Part shown: positions 1 through 12,169 of the stretch, piece by piece
How the letters are laid out: each line of letters begins with the position of its first letter
Numbering within the stretch: the stretch's first letter is position 1
From: Chiloscyllium plagiosum
Lineage: Eukaryota
Assembly (NCBI RefSeq): GCF_004010195.1
Contig: NC_057758.1
Span: 2,306,417-2,370,416 of the forward strand
Length of the DNA stretch: 64,000 nt
Direction of reading: 5' to 3'
The notes under the pieces: model-generated
What the model was told of the DNA's origin: nothing
Database searches by the model: none
Seen by the model: the letters and a program-made list of their open reading frames with translations, nothing else
Program-made: the position numbers and the translations under genes

Positions 1-1126
1 CTTTTGATACAAACTCTACCCGTATGAGTTGCTGTCCCACTTCCGTCTCAGGGTCCACCCCAGCGAACTGCTGCAAGTTCTTCCTAATCCTGTCTAGGAA
101 GTCTGTAGGGGTTTCTTCCGGGTTTTGATGATTCCCAAAGGCCTTGGTAAAATTGTGCCCCTTCTGGGCTGCCTGCCTTATTCCTTTTATCCAATATTCC
201 CGCATATCCCTCATGTTGCGTCTTCCTTCTTCAGTTTGTTTATCCCACTCGGGGTCGGTGAGGGGAAATTTCTGCTCCCCTCCTGCTCCTCTCTCTCTCT
301 CCCAGACCAACAGCGCAGCTTGTCGTATCATCTGTCGCTCCTGGCTAGAGAACAATGTTCCCATGATGGAATACATCTCATCCCACGTGTAAGTATTTGG
401 CCCCAGGAACTGATCTAATTGTTCAGCCAGGCCCATGGGGTCCTCCAGGAGGCCCTTCATCTCCCTCTTGTAATTCCGTACTTCAGTACTCGTTAAGGGG
501 ACGTTCACATATCCCGTCCCTCCTTCCGCGCCTCCCATGGGCACTTCCCGGGGTGGATTCATTCTTGCAATCGGGACAGAGTTTCGTCTGCGACTCTTTT
601 CAGCTTGAGATCTAGTCTGTACTCCTGAGGCACCGGGTGGTTCCTCCCCGCTTTCTTCCCCTTCCCCTGAATCGTCGCCACCCGAAGGACTATTTTGTGG
701 GGCAGACGGGGTCACGTAGGGCGGCGGTAAGTGATCTAAAGGTTCCCAATCTTTCTGCCCTTTCGAGTCTTCATTGGCTACCTTCATTTTGCAAGATAGT
801 GCGACTGGTAGCCAACAAAGGGCGTAATCACTTTCCTCCCGAGTAACATTAGGTTTCGAATTGACATATAAAATTAGAGCTTGCCGGACCCAGTGTGCAT
901 CAGTGCCGAATTTAGGCCACCACACTGAGTCTCCCTGAATAGGTTTTTGGGACAACGTTCGACAGTATTTCACCATCTTCTGTCTAGATTTTCCTTTTTC
1001 CCTACCCTGACCCCAATTATTTAACATTATACCTAACGGACTATCGGCAGGTACCCCGGGGTATTTTTCATTGTCTACGCTCAAGCCTACCTCTCCCTCA
1101 TCCGCCTTGGATCCCTTATTTCCCAT
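1..1126 (-). CDS. gag: Class I (gamma/epsilon-like) endogenous retrovirus Gag (MA, late-domain region, CA); open frame running off the window edge
   Basis: Manual translation from ATG at 1126 (gcaATGG) has no stop in 375 codons: MGNKGSK (MGxxxS myristoylation)...PADSPLGIMLNNW...WWPKFGT...LPPPYVTPSAP...PPREVPMGG...YVNVPLTSTEVRNYKREMKGLLEDP...PNTYTWDE...FPLTDPEWD...HQNPEETPTDFLDRIRKNL (MHR)...VDPETEVGQQLIRVEFVSK. Confidence 0.93.
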   Translation of the reverse strand, partial: MGNKGSKADEGEVGLSVDNEKYPGVPADSPLGIMLNNWGQGREKGKSRQKMVKYCRTLSQKPIQGDSVWWPKFGTDAHWVRQALILYVNSKPNVTREESDYALCWLPVALSCKMKVANEDSKGQKDWEPLDHLPPPYVTPSAPQNSPSGGDDSGEGEESGEEPPGASGVQTRSQAEKSRRRNSVPIARMNPPREVPMGGAEGGTGYVNVPLTSTEVRNYKREMKGLLEDPMGLAEQLDQFLGPNTYTWDEMYSIMGTLFSSQERQMIRQAALLVWERERGAGGEQKFPLTDPEWDKQTEEGRRNMRDMREYWIKGIRQAAQKGHNFTKAFGNHQNPEETPTDFLDRIRKNLQQFAGVDPETEVGQQLIRVEFVSK

Positions 1127-1870
1127 TGCCGAGGACTTTGTAAAATCGGAAATTCCTGTATTATCCCGTGATAATCTATCACTATTTAGCCAATTCCCGG
1201 ACTTTCAGTCCTGTGATCGCCCAGGTCCCTTTGCAGGCACCCCCGGTCTTTGGATTCCTGTGTCCCACGTCTCTGTAGAAAAATCTACAGGCACCCCGTA
1301 GGTCCACGTTCCTCCGCAAACACAGTCTCTGCAAAATCTCGCACAGACGAGCCCCGGTCTCTAGATTCCGGAGTCCCACGTCTCTGTAGAAAAATCTACA
1401 GGCACTCCGCAGGTCCCCAGTCCTGCGCCGAGGCTAACAATGTCTTCTGATTAAATACAGGACAAGTCCCTGCCCTCTGTGGCTCTAAAGAGTCACAAGG
1501 TTCACATTCTAAACCGTTCAGCAATTTTCCATTCTATATCCTTATCTTAAAGTCTATAGCAGATGTCTCCCGAGTTGTTTTTTTTCTTCTTACCCTGTCG
1601 TCTTATCAGTCAAGGACTTATTCTTCTCTGTCAGAGTTAGTTGTCCTATTAATCAAGGACTTGTTTTTCTATTCTGTGTGAGTGGTCTTATCAATAAAGG
1701 ACTTGTTTTTCTACTCTGTCAATGTGAGTGGTCTTATCAACCCGTAGCAGCAGATGTCTCGTCTTTTATTACAGAGAAGCATGTTTTACCCTACCCCTAT
1801 GGCTCTATTCCCCTTAGACTCTGAAGTCATGCACATCCCAGTTGTTTGTACCGAAATCGTCTCTCACAGA
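1127..1870 (-). mobile_element. ERV 5' leader (untranslated); no PBS or LTR seen
   Basis: Lies directly upstream of gag. Contains direct repeats with a CTGTAGA-AAAA-TCTACAG hairpin at 1273-1290 and 1384-1401, about three ~43-bp repeats at 1600-1740, and a candidate splice donor CAGGGTAAGA at ~1588-1597 (minus). Confidence 0.65.
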
Positions 1871-4800
1871 GGATAAGGGCTTCAGGAGGTTTTTACAGAA
1901 ACGGCGAAGGTGTACGGAGAAGGTTATTGCAATGAATGATTACTACAATGCATTGATTAGGGAGGAGGAGACAGATGTGGAGGTGCTTGGTGTCAGCAGG
2001 ATGCTGCAGAAACAGGGAGGTGTGTAGGTACTGGAGAAAGTTACAGAGACAGGGAGAGATGCAGATTCTGGAGAAAGTTAATATCCTTTTTAAAGATGAT
2101 GTGCTTTTTCCTATGCTCAGAGACTCAGAAAGACGTTTGAAATGGAGAAAAAAAGAAAGAAGCAAGGGAACTTTAACAGCTGAATTATGGTTACAAGCAA
2201 AAGAAAGCCATAAAGAAACAAGATAAAAAGTTTGAACTTCATAATTTGTTAATTAGACTGGATAGCCGACAGAAAATGATGAAAATTATGCTCAGAGACT
2301 CAGAAAGACGTTTGAAATGGAGAAAAAAAGAAAGAAGCAAGGGAACTTTAACAGCTGAATTATGGTTACAAGCAAAAGAAAGCCATAAAGAAACAAGAGA
2401 AAAAGTTTGAACTTCATAATTTGTTAATTAGACAGGATAGCCGACAGAAAATGATGAAAATGAAGATAGAGGATAGGAGGAGAGTGATGATAAGCAAAAC
2501 CATCATATCCAAAGGCCTTGTAAGCATGTATGCAACTATGTCAAAACATTCCTAGAAGTCAATGAAACAGGATGCAGAAGCATTTTTCATTCCCTTGAGA
2601 AACTGGCGAGGCGGATGAACTAGCCAAGACTGTGTGGGCAATGTTAATTCAGACCAAGTTGGTTGGCCGGGCTAGTGAGGTGTTTGCAGCGCTTTCGAGG
2701 TGGTGTAACAAGGCTACGTGAAGTAAAACAGTCTATTTGAGTAACGAAGAATTGAAACAGGAGCCTGAATACAAACGTTCAGAAATGAGAAACTGGCGAG
2801 GCGGATGAACTAGCCAAGACTGTGTGGGCAATGTTAATTCAGACCAAGTTGGTTGGCCGGGCTAGTGAGGTGTTTGCGGCGGTTTCGAGGTGGTGTAACA
2901 AGGCTACGTGAAGTAAAACAGTCTATTTGAGTAACTAAGAATTGAAACAGGAGCCTGAATACAAACGTTCAGAAATGTGTTTCCCAAAGATCAGTCTTAT
3001 TTCCAGTTTGAAAAAAATAAAACAGAGCAATTTCGATAGATGGATGAGAGAATTAAAGATAGAAAATGCATATGAGGATCTTAGAGATGTCATTCTGGGA
3101 TAGGAGAAGTGATATGATCTCATGTTGAGGAATAGAAAGTTAAATCAATGAGATGAACTGCAGAGAGGGCAGATGAATATAAACAATATGAATTTAACTT
3201 TAGCTTCCGACAGCAAACTCATTCTGTGTGGTATAGAAACTGAGTAGGAAGCATACACTTCAATGGAAAACAAAACTTGGATCACACTGAGAACTGGTAA
3301 AAGATTACCACATCCAAAAAACAAAAGAAACCTAAGAGAATGCAAAGAGATAAAACACCTCAGGTCGTGTGGGGCACACAAAGTCATTGTGCTGGTGGTT
3401 AAAGAACGGATGTGTTGAAACTGGACGTACCAGTGGCATTATTTCGTTGAGTGAAGAACATCCCAAGAGAATTCGAGGATCTGGAGGAAAGTGCACAGCC
3501 GAAACACCGGCTGGATAGAAACATTCCACTGAATCCCTTCGAAGATTCCACTTGTGTGGGTAGGTTTTAATGAAATGGAATAAGAGATGCAGGTAAAGAG
3601 ATTACAATATTGAGAGGTACAGGAGCTAGTCTGTGTATAATACTAAGAGCTGAGAATATTTGTACTCCTTCTGAAATGTTAGCGAGAGAGTGGCAATCTG
3701 TGTAATAAACGGAGAGAACATTATTGTTCCCATGAGTAAGATAAAACTAGAAAGTCCAGTTAAGACTGGAAAAATGATGGTGGGAGTGATTGAAAGAGTG
3801 GCTATTCTAGGACAACAGTTTTGCCTTGGAAACGATATAGCTGGACCACCGTTGGGAGTGATGCCCCTTCCCGTGGAGAAACAAAAATAAAGCAAGGGAA
3901 CTCAGCCACATCAGAGTAAAATACACTGGAAGTTGTCCAGAATATGTGGTGATAACATCCCATGGTAATAACTTAAAACAATAAAGGAAAAAAAAAAGAA
4001 ACGTTAAGGTGTTGAGGTTCAATGGGCTGACACTCTGCTTTATGAAATGGTTAATAAAAGACCTGAACAGGCAGAGGATCAGGCTGAAGATTATTGGTTT
4101 TTCAACGAACCAAGATAAGGTGACAAAATAGTTGCATTATAAAGCCTTCTCAGAGAATGAATCATAATGAATTCCAGAATGCTTTTCCCTTAATGATAAA
4201 AGCTTAAAGCGGAAGTGAAGACCTCGGCATGTTTGTGTTGATGGAAAAGAGTGGAAGTTCACCAGATATTGTTTGTGGCGCAATATGGACAAGCGATATG
4301 GCGAGTAGCGCACAAATTATCTAGAAGAATACATATAGCAGTGACGAAGACTCAGGTTAAGATACAGCAGCCTGGATAACATAATGATGTAGTTGCATTT
4401 TGCTGTGCATATCATACGTATCAAATGGTCGGTAAGCCACAGACAATGAAAAGGTCAGGCCTTGGAGGCGAGTTCCCGCATTTGAGAAACATCTGAAGGG
4501 TTATAACTGATAGTGTAAATTCCCTCATTAAACTAAACGCAGAAATCATTGTTTGCTAGCAATGACGGATGTGTCTACCAGACTTCAGGACGCAATTTTA
4601 TGATGCTATATCAAGAAAAAATAAAGTCGGGGAGGAATCGTTTCCCTTCTTTACCCATTGTAGATTACCCAGGGAGATTCAGTCATACCAAGAGCCTAAT
4701 TTTCCTGCCGAAGAATTGAATGTGGCCATGGAAATCGAAACTTTAAATCAAGTGCGTAATGTCCTGCATTCCAGCGTGCATTGGAACTGGACATTCTGTT

Positions 4801-6092
4801 TCGATGGAACTGATTGGGAAAGAGGCTAGCAAGAATGGTTATGCATAACTTGGAAATAAAGCAATTAAAATCTACTTCGTCCCATCCAGAATCACAGGGA
4901 GCACTGGAAAGTTCAAATACTAATGACCTTGTTGAAGGTTTGTGATCAAGATTAAACATATGATTGGGATAAGGCAGTTTTGGTTGTACGTTTGCGATCA
5001 GAGATGCATCGAAAGAATCCACCAAATTCTCTCCATTTGAAGTAATGGTTGGGCAAGAAGTAAGAGGAGCGTTAAAACTGACATAGGAGATATTACTAAA
5101 TCAGAACTCAGAGACCTCACATTTTGATGATGTGTCAATTTTTAGAGAACGATTGAATAGAGTTGGAGAGTTTGCTAGACAGCAATTAAAATTATCAGAG
5201 CATACAAAGCAACAAAATCGCAAGTTTATAATTAGAAATAACATATTGATGTTACCTTCAGTAACAGCTTAGTCTTTACAAGCAAGATTTTTTTGGAGCG
5301 TTATCAAATCGAGAGGAAATTAAGTGAGGTGAATTACTTGATAAGGACTCCAGACAGGAAGAAATCTCACAGACTGTGTCATGTGAATATGCTCAAAGAT
5401 ATTTTGATAGGGAAGGAAAGCAAGAGGGGAAGGTGTTAATGATAACAACATAGCAGGTAGAATCAAGTTCAGAGGCTTCTGAATTGCACCCTCCTCATAT
5501 CAAATTGGACAATGAGGAAGTTGTCAAAAATTGAATAAATTATTGAGTTAACTTCCTCAAGAAAATCGAAATGACCTGAAAGAGTTATTATTACCACAAT
5601 GGGAGGCATGTGGAAATAAACTGGGAAGTACTAGCCTAATTGTTCATGATGTAAATATAGGAGATGTTGTTCTGATTAAGCAACATCATTTTAGGCAGAA
5701 CCCCAGAAGGTTGGCACAGGTTCAGAAGGAGATAGAGCGCAAGCTCCAAGAATGCAAAATCGAAGTGGGTTACAGTGACAGGAGCCAGCCATAGTTATGG
5801 TGCCAAAACCAGATAGTACGTAAAGGCTTTGTGTGGACGATCGCGAATTATACACCATTACAAAAACTGATGTAGATCTAATTCCACGATTGGATGACTG
5901 TGTCAAAAAGGTGGGAGAAGAAACTTACATTTCTAAGTTGGAGTTTCTCAGAGGCTCATTGCAAGTACCTCTGTGAGAGAGAACAACGGCTGTTTCGGAT
6001 TTCGTAACGCCAGATGGATTAAATCAGTTCAACGTCATTCCAGCCACTAACTAATACAATCATTGCCGGATTACCAAACTATGTAGTGCATA

Positions 6093-6577
6093 CAGTCATA
6101 GAGTCATAGCGATGTACAGCATGGAAACAGACCCTTCAGTCCAACCTGTCCATGCCGACCAGATATCCCAACCAATCTAGTCCCACCTGCCAGCACCCAG
6201 CCCATATCCCTCCAAGCCCTTCCTATTCATTTACCCATCCAAATGCACCTTCAATATTGCAATTGTACCAGCCTACACCACATCTTCTGGCGACTGATTC
6301 CATACACGTACCACTCTCTGCTTGAAAAAGTTGCTCCGTATGTCTCTTTTATATGTTTCTCCTCTCACGCTAAACCTATGCCCTCTAGATCTGGACTCCA
6401 CGACCACAGGGTAAAGACTTTGTCTATTTATCCTATCTGTGCCCCTCATAATTTTGTATACCTCGGTAAGGTCACCCCTCAGCCTCCGACACTCCAGGGA
6501 AAACAGCCTCAGCCTGCTCAGCCTCTCCCTACAGCTCAAATCCTCCAAACCTCACAACATCCTTGTCAATCTTTTTG
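6093..6577 (-). mobile_element. 5'-truncated CR1 LINE 3' end inserted in the Gypsy RT
   Basis: ORF 6273-6548 RRLRGDLTEVYKIM...SRGHRF...FFKQRVVRVWN is the CR1 ORF2 C-terminus; (GTCATAGA)-type tail; flanking direct repeat GTGCATA at 6086-6092 and 6578-6584. Confidence 0.9.
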
Positions 6578-6759
6578 GTGCATATTGATGGACTGGTGAT
6601 TTTTAGGCACTAATGGACACAAATATTTACAGCAATTATCGGACGTATTTGATCGACTTCAGAAGGCAGACTCTGTGATAAACCTAGCCAGAAGTGAATT
6701 TTCCAAATCCTAAGTCACCTTCCAGGGCCATGTTATTGGACATGGACAAATGGTCTCCC

Positions 6760-6912
6760 CACCCCCACCCTCCCCTAGCTTATCTCTCCACGCTTCAGGC
6801 TCTCTGCCTTTGTTCCTGATGAAGGGCTTTTGCCCGGAACGTCGATTTTGATGAAACTCCTCGATGCTGCCTGAATTGCTGTGCTCTTCCAGCACCATTG
6901 ATCCAGATCCTG
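6760..6912 (+). mobile_element. Penelope-type tail fragment with a degenerate hammerhead core
   Basis: CTGATGAAGGGCTTTTGCCCGGAACGTC at ~6816-6843; same tail family as the GIY-YIG Penelope at 16890-17680. Confidence 0.75.
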
Positions 6913-7576
6913 CATGACAATGACGAGGGGATAGAAAGACACATCGTTTTTTTTTCCAGGATGTTGAACGTTCTTCAACAGAAATTTTCAACGGTGGAGA
7001 AAGAAACTTTAAATTTAGTTTGAGCATTACAGCACTTCAGTGTGTATATTGCCAGCACCAGGGGATAGAAAGTTATATCGAGTTTTTTTTCCGGAATGTT
7101 GAACCTTCTTCAACAGAAATTTTCAACTTTGGAGAAAGAAACCTTAAACTTGGTCGTAGCATTACAGCATTTCAGTGTGTATATTGCCAGCAATGCAGCT
7201 GAGACAATCGTATGCACTGATCATAACACATTGACATTGTGGAAAAAATTATGGACAAAAATGTCAGACTGTTTAGACGGAGCTGTTGTTGCACCCATTC
7301 AATTTGACAAGTGTGCATGAGGCAGGTCAGGAAAACGTGATTGTTAATGCGTCATTGAGACTTGAATGAGATACGGGAACGTCGGTGGAGGGTATACAAT
7401 GGCCTGAATTTGCATGTAATTGTGTATGTCTACATGTGTAGATTCTGCATAGTATCTTTGCTTTTTTCATCTTCTGTACTGGTCTCAAACTTCTTTCTGA
7501 AATTACAACTGTTTAAGGATCGACAATTTGCCAGACTAGTTTAAATCCTCTCGAGCAACTGCAGCAATTCTGTCGA

Positions 7577-9500
7577 CTAGGACATGGGTCCATGTGCCCC
7601 CAGTTCAGGTACCTTCCCCGCTCTGTCTATTTGTGCTGACGCTGTCAGGGTTCTGTGCACTTGTCCACTGAGTTCCCTTTGTTCCTCAGTAATCCGCAAG
7701 AACGAAAATTTCATTCTAAATATCCTTTGCGTACATACCTCCGACAGGGTATTACCACACAATGATCGTAAGTAAAATCTATCTGCCTTTACTCTGCTCA
7801 GTTTATCATCTGATTGATACCAGACAGTGGCCTGAGACCATCTGCCTCACTGTAGCCAACACCCACACCTTTCATGTCATCTGGAAACTTAACATTGAGA
7901 CTGTCTGTTTTCACATGCGCATCATTAATGTACATAACAACAACAATGATTCCTGTGCAGATCTCTGTGGTACTAAACAAAGGCTTAAAATCAGGAAAAA
8001 AAAAACCTTTCACCAGTTTTGGATCCAATTTGCCAACTTGCCTTAACTTGTATTGACTTTTCCCTTTTCGACCAGCATTCCAAATGACATCTTGTCAATT
8101 GCTTTACTGAACTCCATTTTAACCACATCATTTGCATTTCCCTCATCAATATTTTCCATCATAACTTCACCAAGACTCAATTGCATTTGTCAGATAAGAT
8201 ATCCTTGCACTAAATCCGTGCTGACTACTTCAAATCGATCCCTCTTTTTCAACATATTAATTCATTGTGTCCTTCAGAACTGTTTCCAATAATTCCTCTC
8301 CCATTGATTCGATTAGATTACCTGCAGTGTGGAAACAGGCCCTTCGGCCCAACTAGTCCACACCAACACTCCGAAGAGTAACCCACCGAGACCTATTTCC
8401 CGAACACTATGGACAAATTAGCATGACCTGCACATCTTTCGATTTTGGGAGGAAACTGGACAACCCGGAGGAAACACACACAGACACAGGGAGAATGTGC
8501 AGACTCCACACAGACAGCCGCCCGAGGCTGGAATTGAGCCTGGGACCCTGGTACTGTGAGGCAGCAGTGCTAACCTCTGTCCCACCGTGCCGCCCGAATG
8601 TCAGACTATCTGCATTGTAATTAAATGGCCAAACTCTGCTGCTTTTTGAAACAAGGGAACCAATATTAAATATCCTCCAGTCATTAATATACATAACAAC
8701 AACAATGATTCCTGTGCAGATCTCTGTGGTACTCACGCTAAACAAAGGCTTAAAATCAGAAAAAAATAAATACCTTTCACCAGTTTTGGATCCAATTTGC
8801 CAACTTGCCTTATCTCCTATTGACTTTTCCCTTTTGCACCAGCATTCCAAATGACATCTTGTCAATAGCTTTACTGAACTCCATTTTAACCACATCATTT
8901 GCATTGCCCTCATCAATATTTTCCATCGTAACTTCACCAAGACTCAATTGCATTTGTCAGAGAAGATATCCTTGCACTAAATCCATGTGGCACTATACCT
9001 GTGGCCACCAAAATGTTAAATATATCCACCATGGCCCAGCAATCTCTTCCTTACCTCGCATAGCAGTGTGGGATACATTTCATTGGGCACTGGGATTTTT
9101 CCACCGTTATGCCTGTGAAAACATTTAATACCTCCGCCTTATTGATAATAATATATTCTAGAATCTTACCATCCCAACTGAAATCCTCGGCCACAATACC
9201 TTTCTCTTGTGTTAATACAGATGAGATGTATTCAATTAAGACTTCACTTATTTCCTCTGACTCCATTCCCAGATTGTCCATTTGGGTTCTACTCTTTCCC
9301 TGGTAAAACTCCTCAATGCTTGGAAAATACCTTGTGGCTTTTCCTTAAGGATGTTTGCCAGAGATAATTTATGGCTATTGTTTGCTCTTCATTTCTGCCA
9401 TCCTCTTGCACTCCCTATATTCTTGAAAGCCTTCAGCTGTTTTTAATGCATTTTATTTACTTTGTCAAAATTTAGACATCACTTGATCAGTATTCGCTGG
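7577..9500 (-). mobile_element. Old CR1 LINE ORF2 fragments, with a ~300-bp block duplicated (7919-8220 and 8680-8980)
   Basis: Degenerate RT and tether similarity on the minus strand (e.g. EEISEVLIEYISSVLTQE in ORF 9051-9281); near-identical duplicated block flanks a SINE. Confidence 0.7.
8308..8595 (-). mobile_element. HE1-type V-SINE (elasmobranch), near full length
   Basis: Minus strand tRNA-like head GGGCGGCACGGTGG...GGCTCAATTCC, V-domain GTCTGTGTGGAGT.TGCACATTCTCCC.GTGTCTG, CR1-derived tail GGCCGAAGGGCCTGTTTCCACACTG with (TAATC)n. Confidence 0.85.
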
Positions 9501-9649
9501 GATTGTTGCCCTTGCTACTCACTCTTTGGGAGCACACTGGTCCTGAAAGCTTATTGTATCAACTTAAAATTAATCCACTTTCTAAATTTGGACATAACTG
9601 CAAGTAATCCTTCCCTGTCTATGTCTGTGACACCCTGGCTAATGATAGC

Positions 9650-11220
9650 AATACTGATAGGATACTCATCTTTGAAAGGGACACACAGTAGGTTCTGTGG
9701 CGACAGAAGAGACACCAGGATGGCTTGCTGCCTCCGCGTGCCAGTTTAAGGATGTTTCTGAACGTTTGTAGAACATTCTGAAGGGGGAGAATAATCAGCT
9801 AGGTGTCATTTTGCATATCGGTACAATTAACATATGTAGACAAAGGGATGACGTACAGTGAAATGGGAATAGGAAGTTAGGTAAGAAGTTATTAACCAAG
9901 ACCTCAAGGGACTTGATCTTCGATTTACTCCCAATGACACATGACAGTGAGGACAGAAATAGAAACAGAAACCAGATGAATGCATGATTGAGCAGCTAGT
10001 TTCAGCAGCAGGATTTTCAGTTCTTGGATCATTGGGAACTCCTCTGGCGTTGAGGTGACATGTACAACGGTGATGATTTGCACTTGAACCAGAGGGGCAC
10101 CGTCAACTCTTCGGGGCGATTTGCTGGTGTTATCCAGGATGTTTTAAAATAATTTGGCGGTGATGAAGTCGGGGCCGGTTCTCCTCAGAATAAGGGAGGG
10201 ACCATCGAATGTCAGGACAAAATATATCCGCCATCGGGAACAGGTTTACTCTTCAGGATAGCCAGGGGCACAGTAAAGGGAAGGAAAGCACTTGTGGTTT
10301 AAGTTGCATTAATTCAACGCTTGAGGCCGGACTGGTAATGCAGAAAAGCTCAGTGGCTTTGGGGATTAGGCTATTTATAGCAATAACTGAAATGTGGCTG
10401 AGAGAAAGGCAGGAGTAGTATTTCAGTACTCCAGGATACATACGCAACACGCGTGACATAAGTGCACGTAAGCGAGGAGGGGGATTGCCTTTCGATAATG
10501 GAGGACATAACAGCAGTGATTAGAGAGAATACTCTTTAGGGGGTCACCAAATGAGGCGATATGGTTAGAACGTAGAAAGTAGGAGGTGATAGTGATTCTG
10601 TTGAAAGCGTAAAATAGACCCACAAATAGCCAATGGGAATGAGAGAAGCAGATGTGTAGCGCGATTGCATATTCCTGTAGGAATAATAGAGTAGTGCTGG
10701 TTGGATATTTTAACAAACCCTGTAATGATTGGGCCAACCAAAGTGTAAGAGGTCCGGATAGGGTGAATTTGTCGGATGTGTCCAAGGAAGGTTCCTAAAA
10801 TTATACGTAGAGAGCTCTACTCAGGCGGGTGAAACACTGGACCTCCCTTTGGAAAACAAGGGCGCGCAAGTGTCTGTCGGAGATCACTTGTGGTCCAGTG
10901 ACCACAGCTGTCTCAGTTTAAACATAACTATGGATAACTATAGGAGAAGTCCATAGGTAAACGTTGCCATCTGGAACAGGGCCAGTTTTCTGGTCATTAG
11001 GCAGCATCGAGCAGAGGTCGATTGGGTGAGTCTGCTTGAAGGAAAAGGAATGACTGGCAAATGGAATGCTTTTCAAAATGTCATATCAAGGATCCAGGGC
11101 CAGTATGCCCCTGTTAATCTGAAGAGAAAAGCTGGCAGGTTTAGGCATCCCTGACTGACGTGGGATATTGAGGATCTGGTCTGGAAAACGAATAAGACAT
11201 ACTTTGGGTTTAAGCTATCC
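9650..11220 (+). mobile_element. Decayed CR1 LINE: ORF1 SGNH-esterase region and ORF2 AP endonuclease
   Basis: RFCGDRRDTRMACCL (ORF 9462-9749 end), HIGT motif ~9815, IAITEMWL (ORF 10209-10418) and SDH ~10900. Confidence 0.75.
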
Positions 11221-11224
11221 ATAT

Positions 11225-12100
11225 CTACGTAACATCTTTCAGTCGTGAAGACATGATCAATCTGTGGAGACCTTACAATCCTCCCTATTTGTGTAATACT
11301 CTCAGATCCGTGCAACACTGCCAATCAGTATAACTCACTCGAATGTCTGTGACTCTCCCGATCCAGTTTCTACATGACTCACTCTCGATGAAATATCCTC
11401 ACGTTGTAATAACCCACCTTGTCAATGTTAGCTCCTCCAGACTCTGCAACTCCATAACGTGCTCCAGCCTTCACACCCCTATCTGTGTATCCTGGATCTC
11501 CCCTGCAATTTCCCACTTTGACCAAACTGAAGGATTTTTCAATGCTCCCTGATCTGGAAACTGTCTCCTTCCAAAATTGCTCTCCTCATCCACAAGAAAA
11601 TCTGTAAGACATCAATCCTTCATATCTAAATAACCTGCAGAATGTATACCTTCCTATATCTATAAACACCTTCAGTCACATCTACCCTGCATATATGAGT
11701 TTGTTCTTTGATCTACACAACCCACTTTATCTCTGTACTCTGTTCCATTCACATAAATCACTCCCAAACTACCAACAATCTTATGCTCAGAAACTGTTCC
11801 ATCTCTCACAACCATCCCAACTCAATGACCTTCTGTAGGCCCTACATCTCTCCACATTTCTGTAGCCTCCTGTGATTCTATGGTGCTCCCTCCCTGTTAA
11901 AGAACATCCCGAACCCTGAAAGCCTTCCAATCTCGGTCGTCTGGTCAAGTCAAACCACTTGGTCTCTGTAAACTCCGATACTTCAAACAACACTTCCTAT
12001 TGGTGTCTCTTCCTTCAGACACCATACTCTCCAGCTTACCAAGATCTCTTCTTGCCATTACCCTTCAATATTTGCAACATAGATCAGTGCAATATAGTAG
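11225..12100. repeat. C/T-skewed decayed repeat tract (ccctatctctgtaa...ctccag-like units)
   Basis: Strong G depletion on the + strand and recurring degenerate units such as CTCCCTATTTGTGTAATACTCTCAG and TTATCTCTGTACTC. Confidence 0.4.
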
Positions 12101-12169
12101 AGACACATCAGTCCTCGATATTGTAGTGACCGCAGGACTAACCATGTAAGAACACAGAAGAATCCTTTC

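Larger units (their letters stand above)
2112..7500 (+). mobile_element. Decayed Gmr1-like Ty3/Gypsy LTR retrotransposon internal region (gag-PR-IN-RT-RH order)
   Basis: Gag remnant WAMLIQTKLVGRASEVFAAL ~2630; protease-like ILRGTGAS ~3607; integrase SSHPESQGALE ~4875 and FSPFEVMVGQEVRG ~5025; RT PIVMVPKPD ~5790 and IPRLDDCV ~5880; RNase H STVEKE/ALQHFSVY/TDHN ~6985-7230; many stops and frameshifts. Confidence 0.85.

Noticed and set aside
1600..1740. Repeat-spacer-like pattern resembling a CRISPR array
   Set aside because: The units are contiguous diverged tandem copies in an ERV leader, with no unique spacers, no cas genes and a eukaryotic context.
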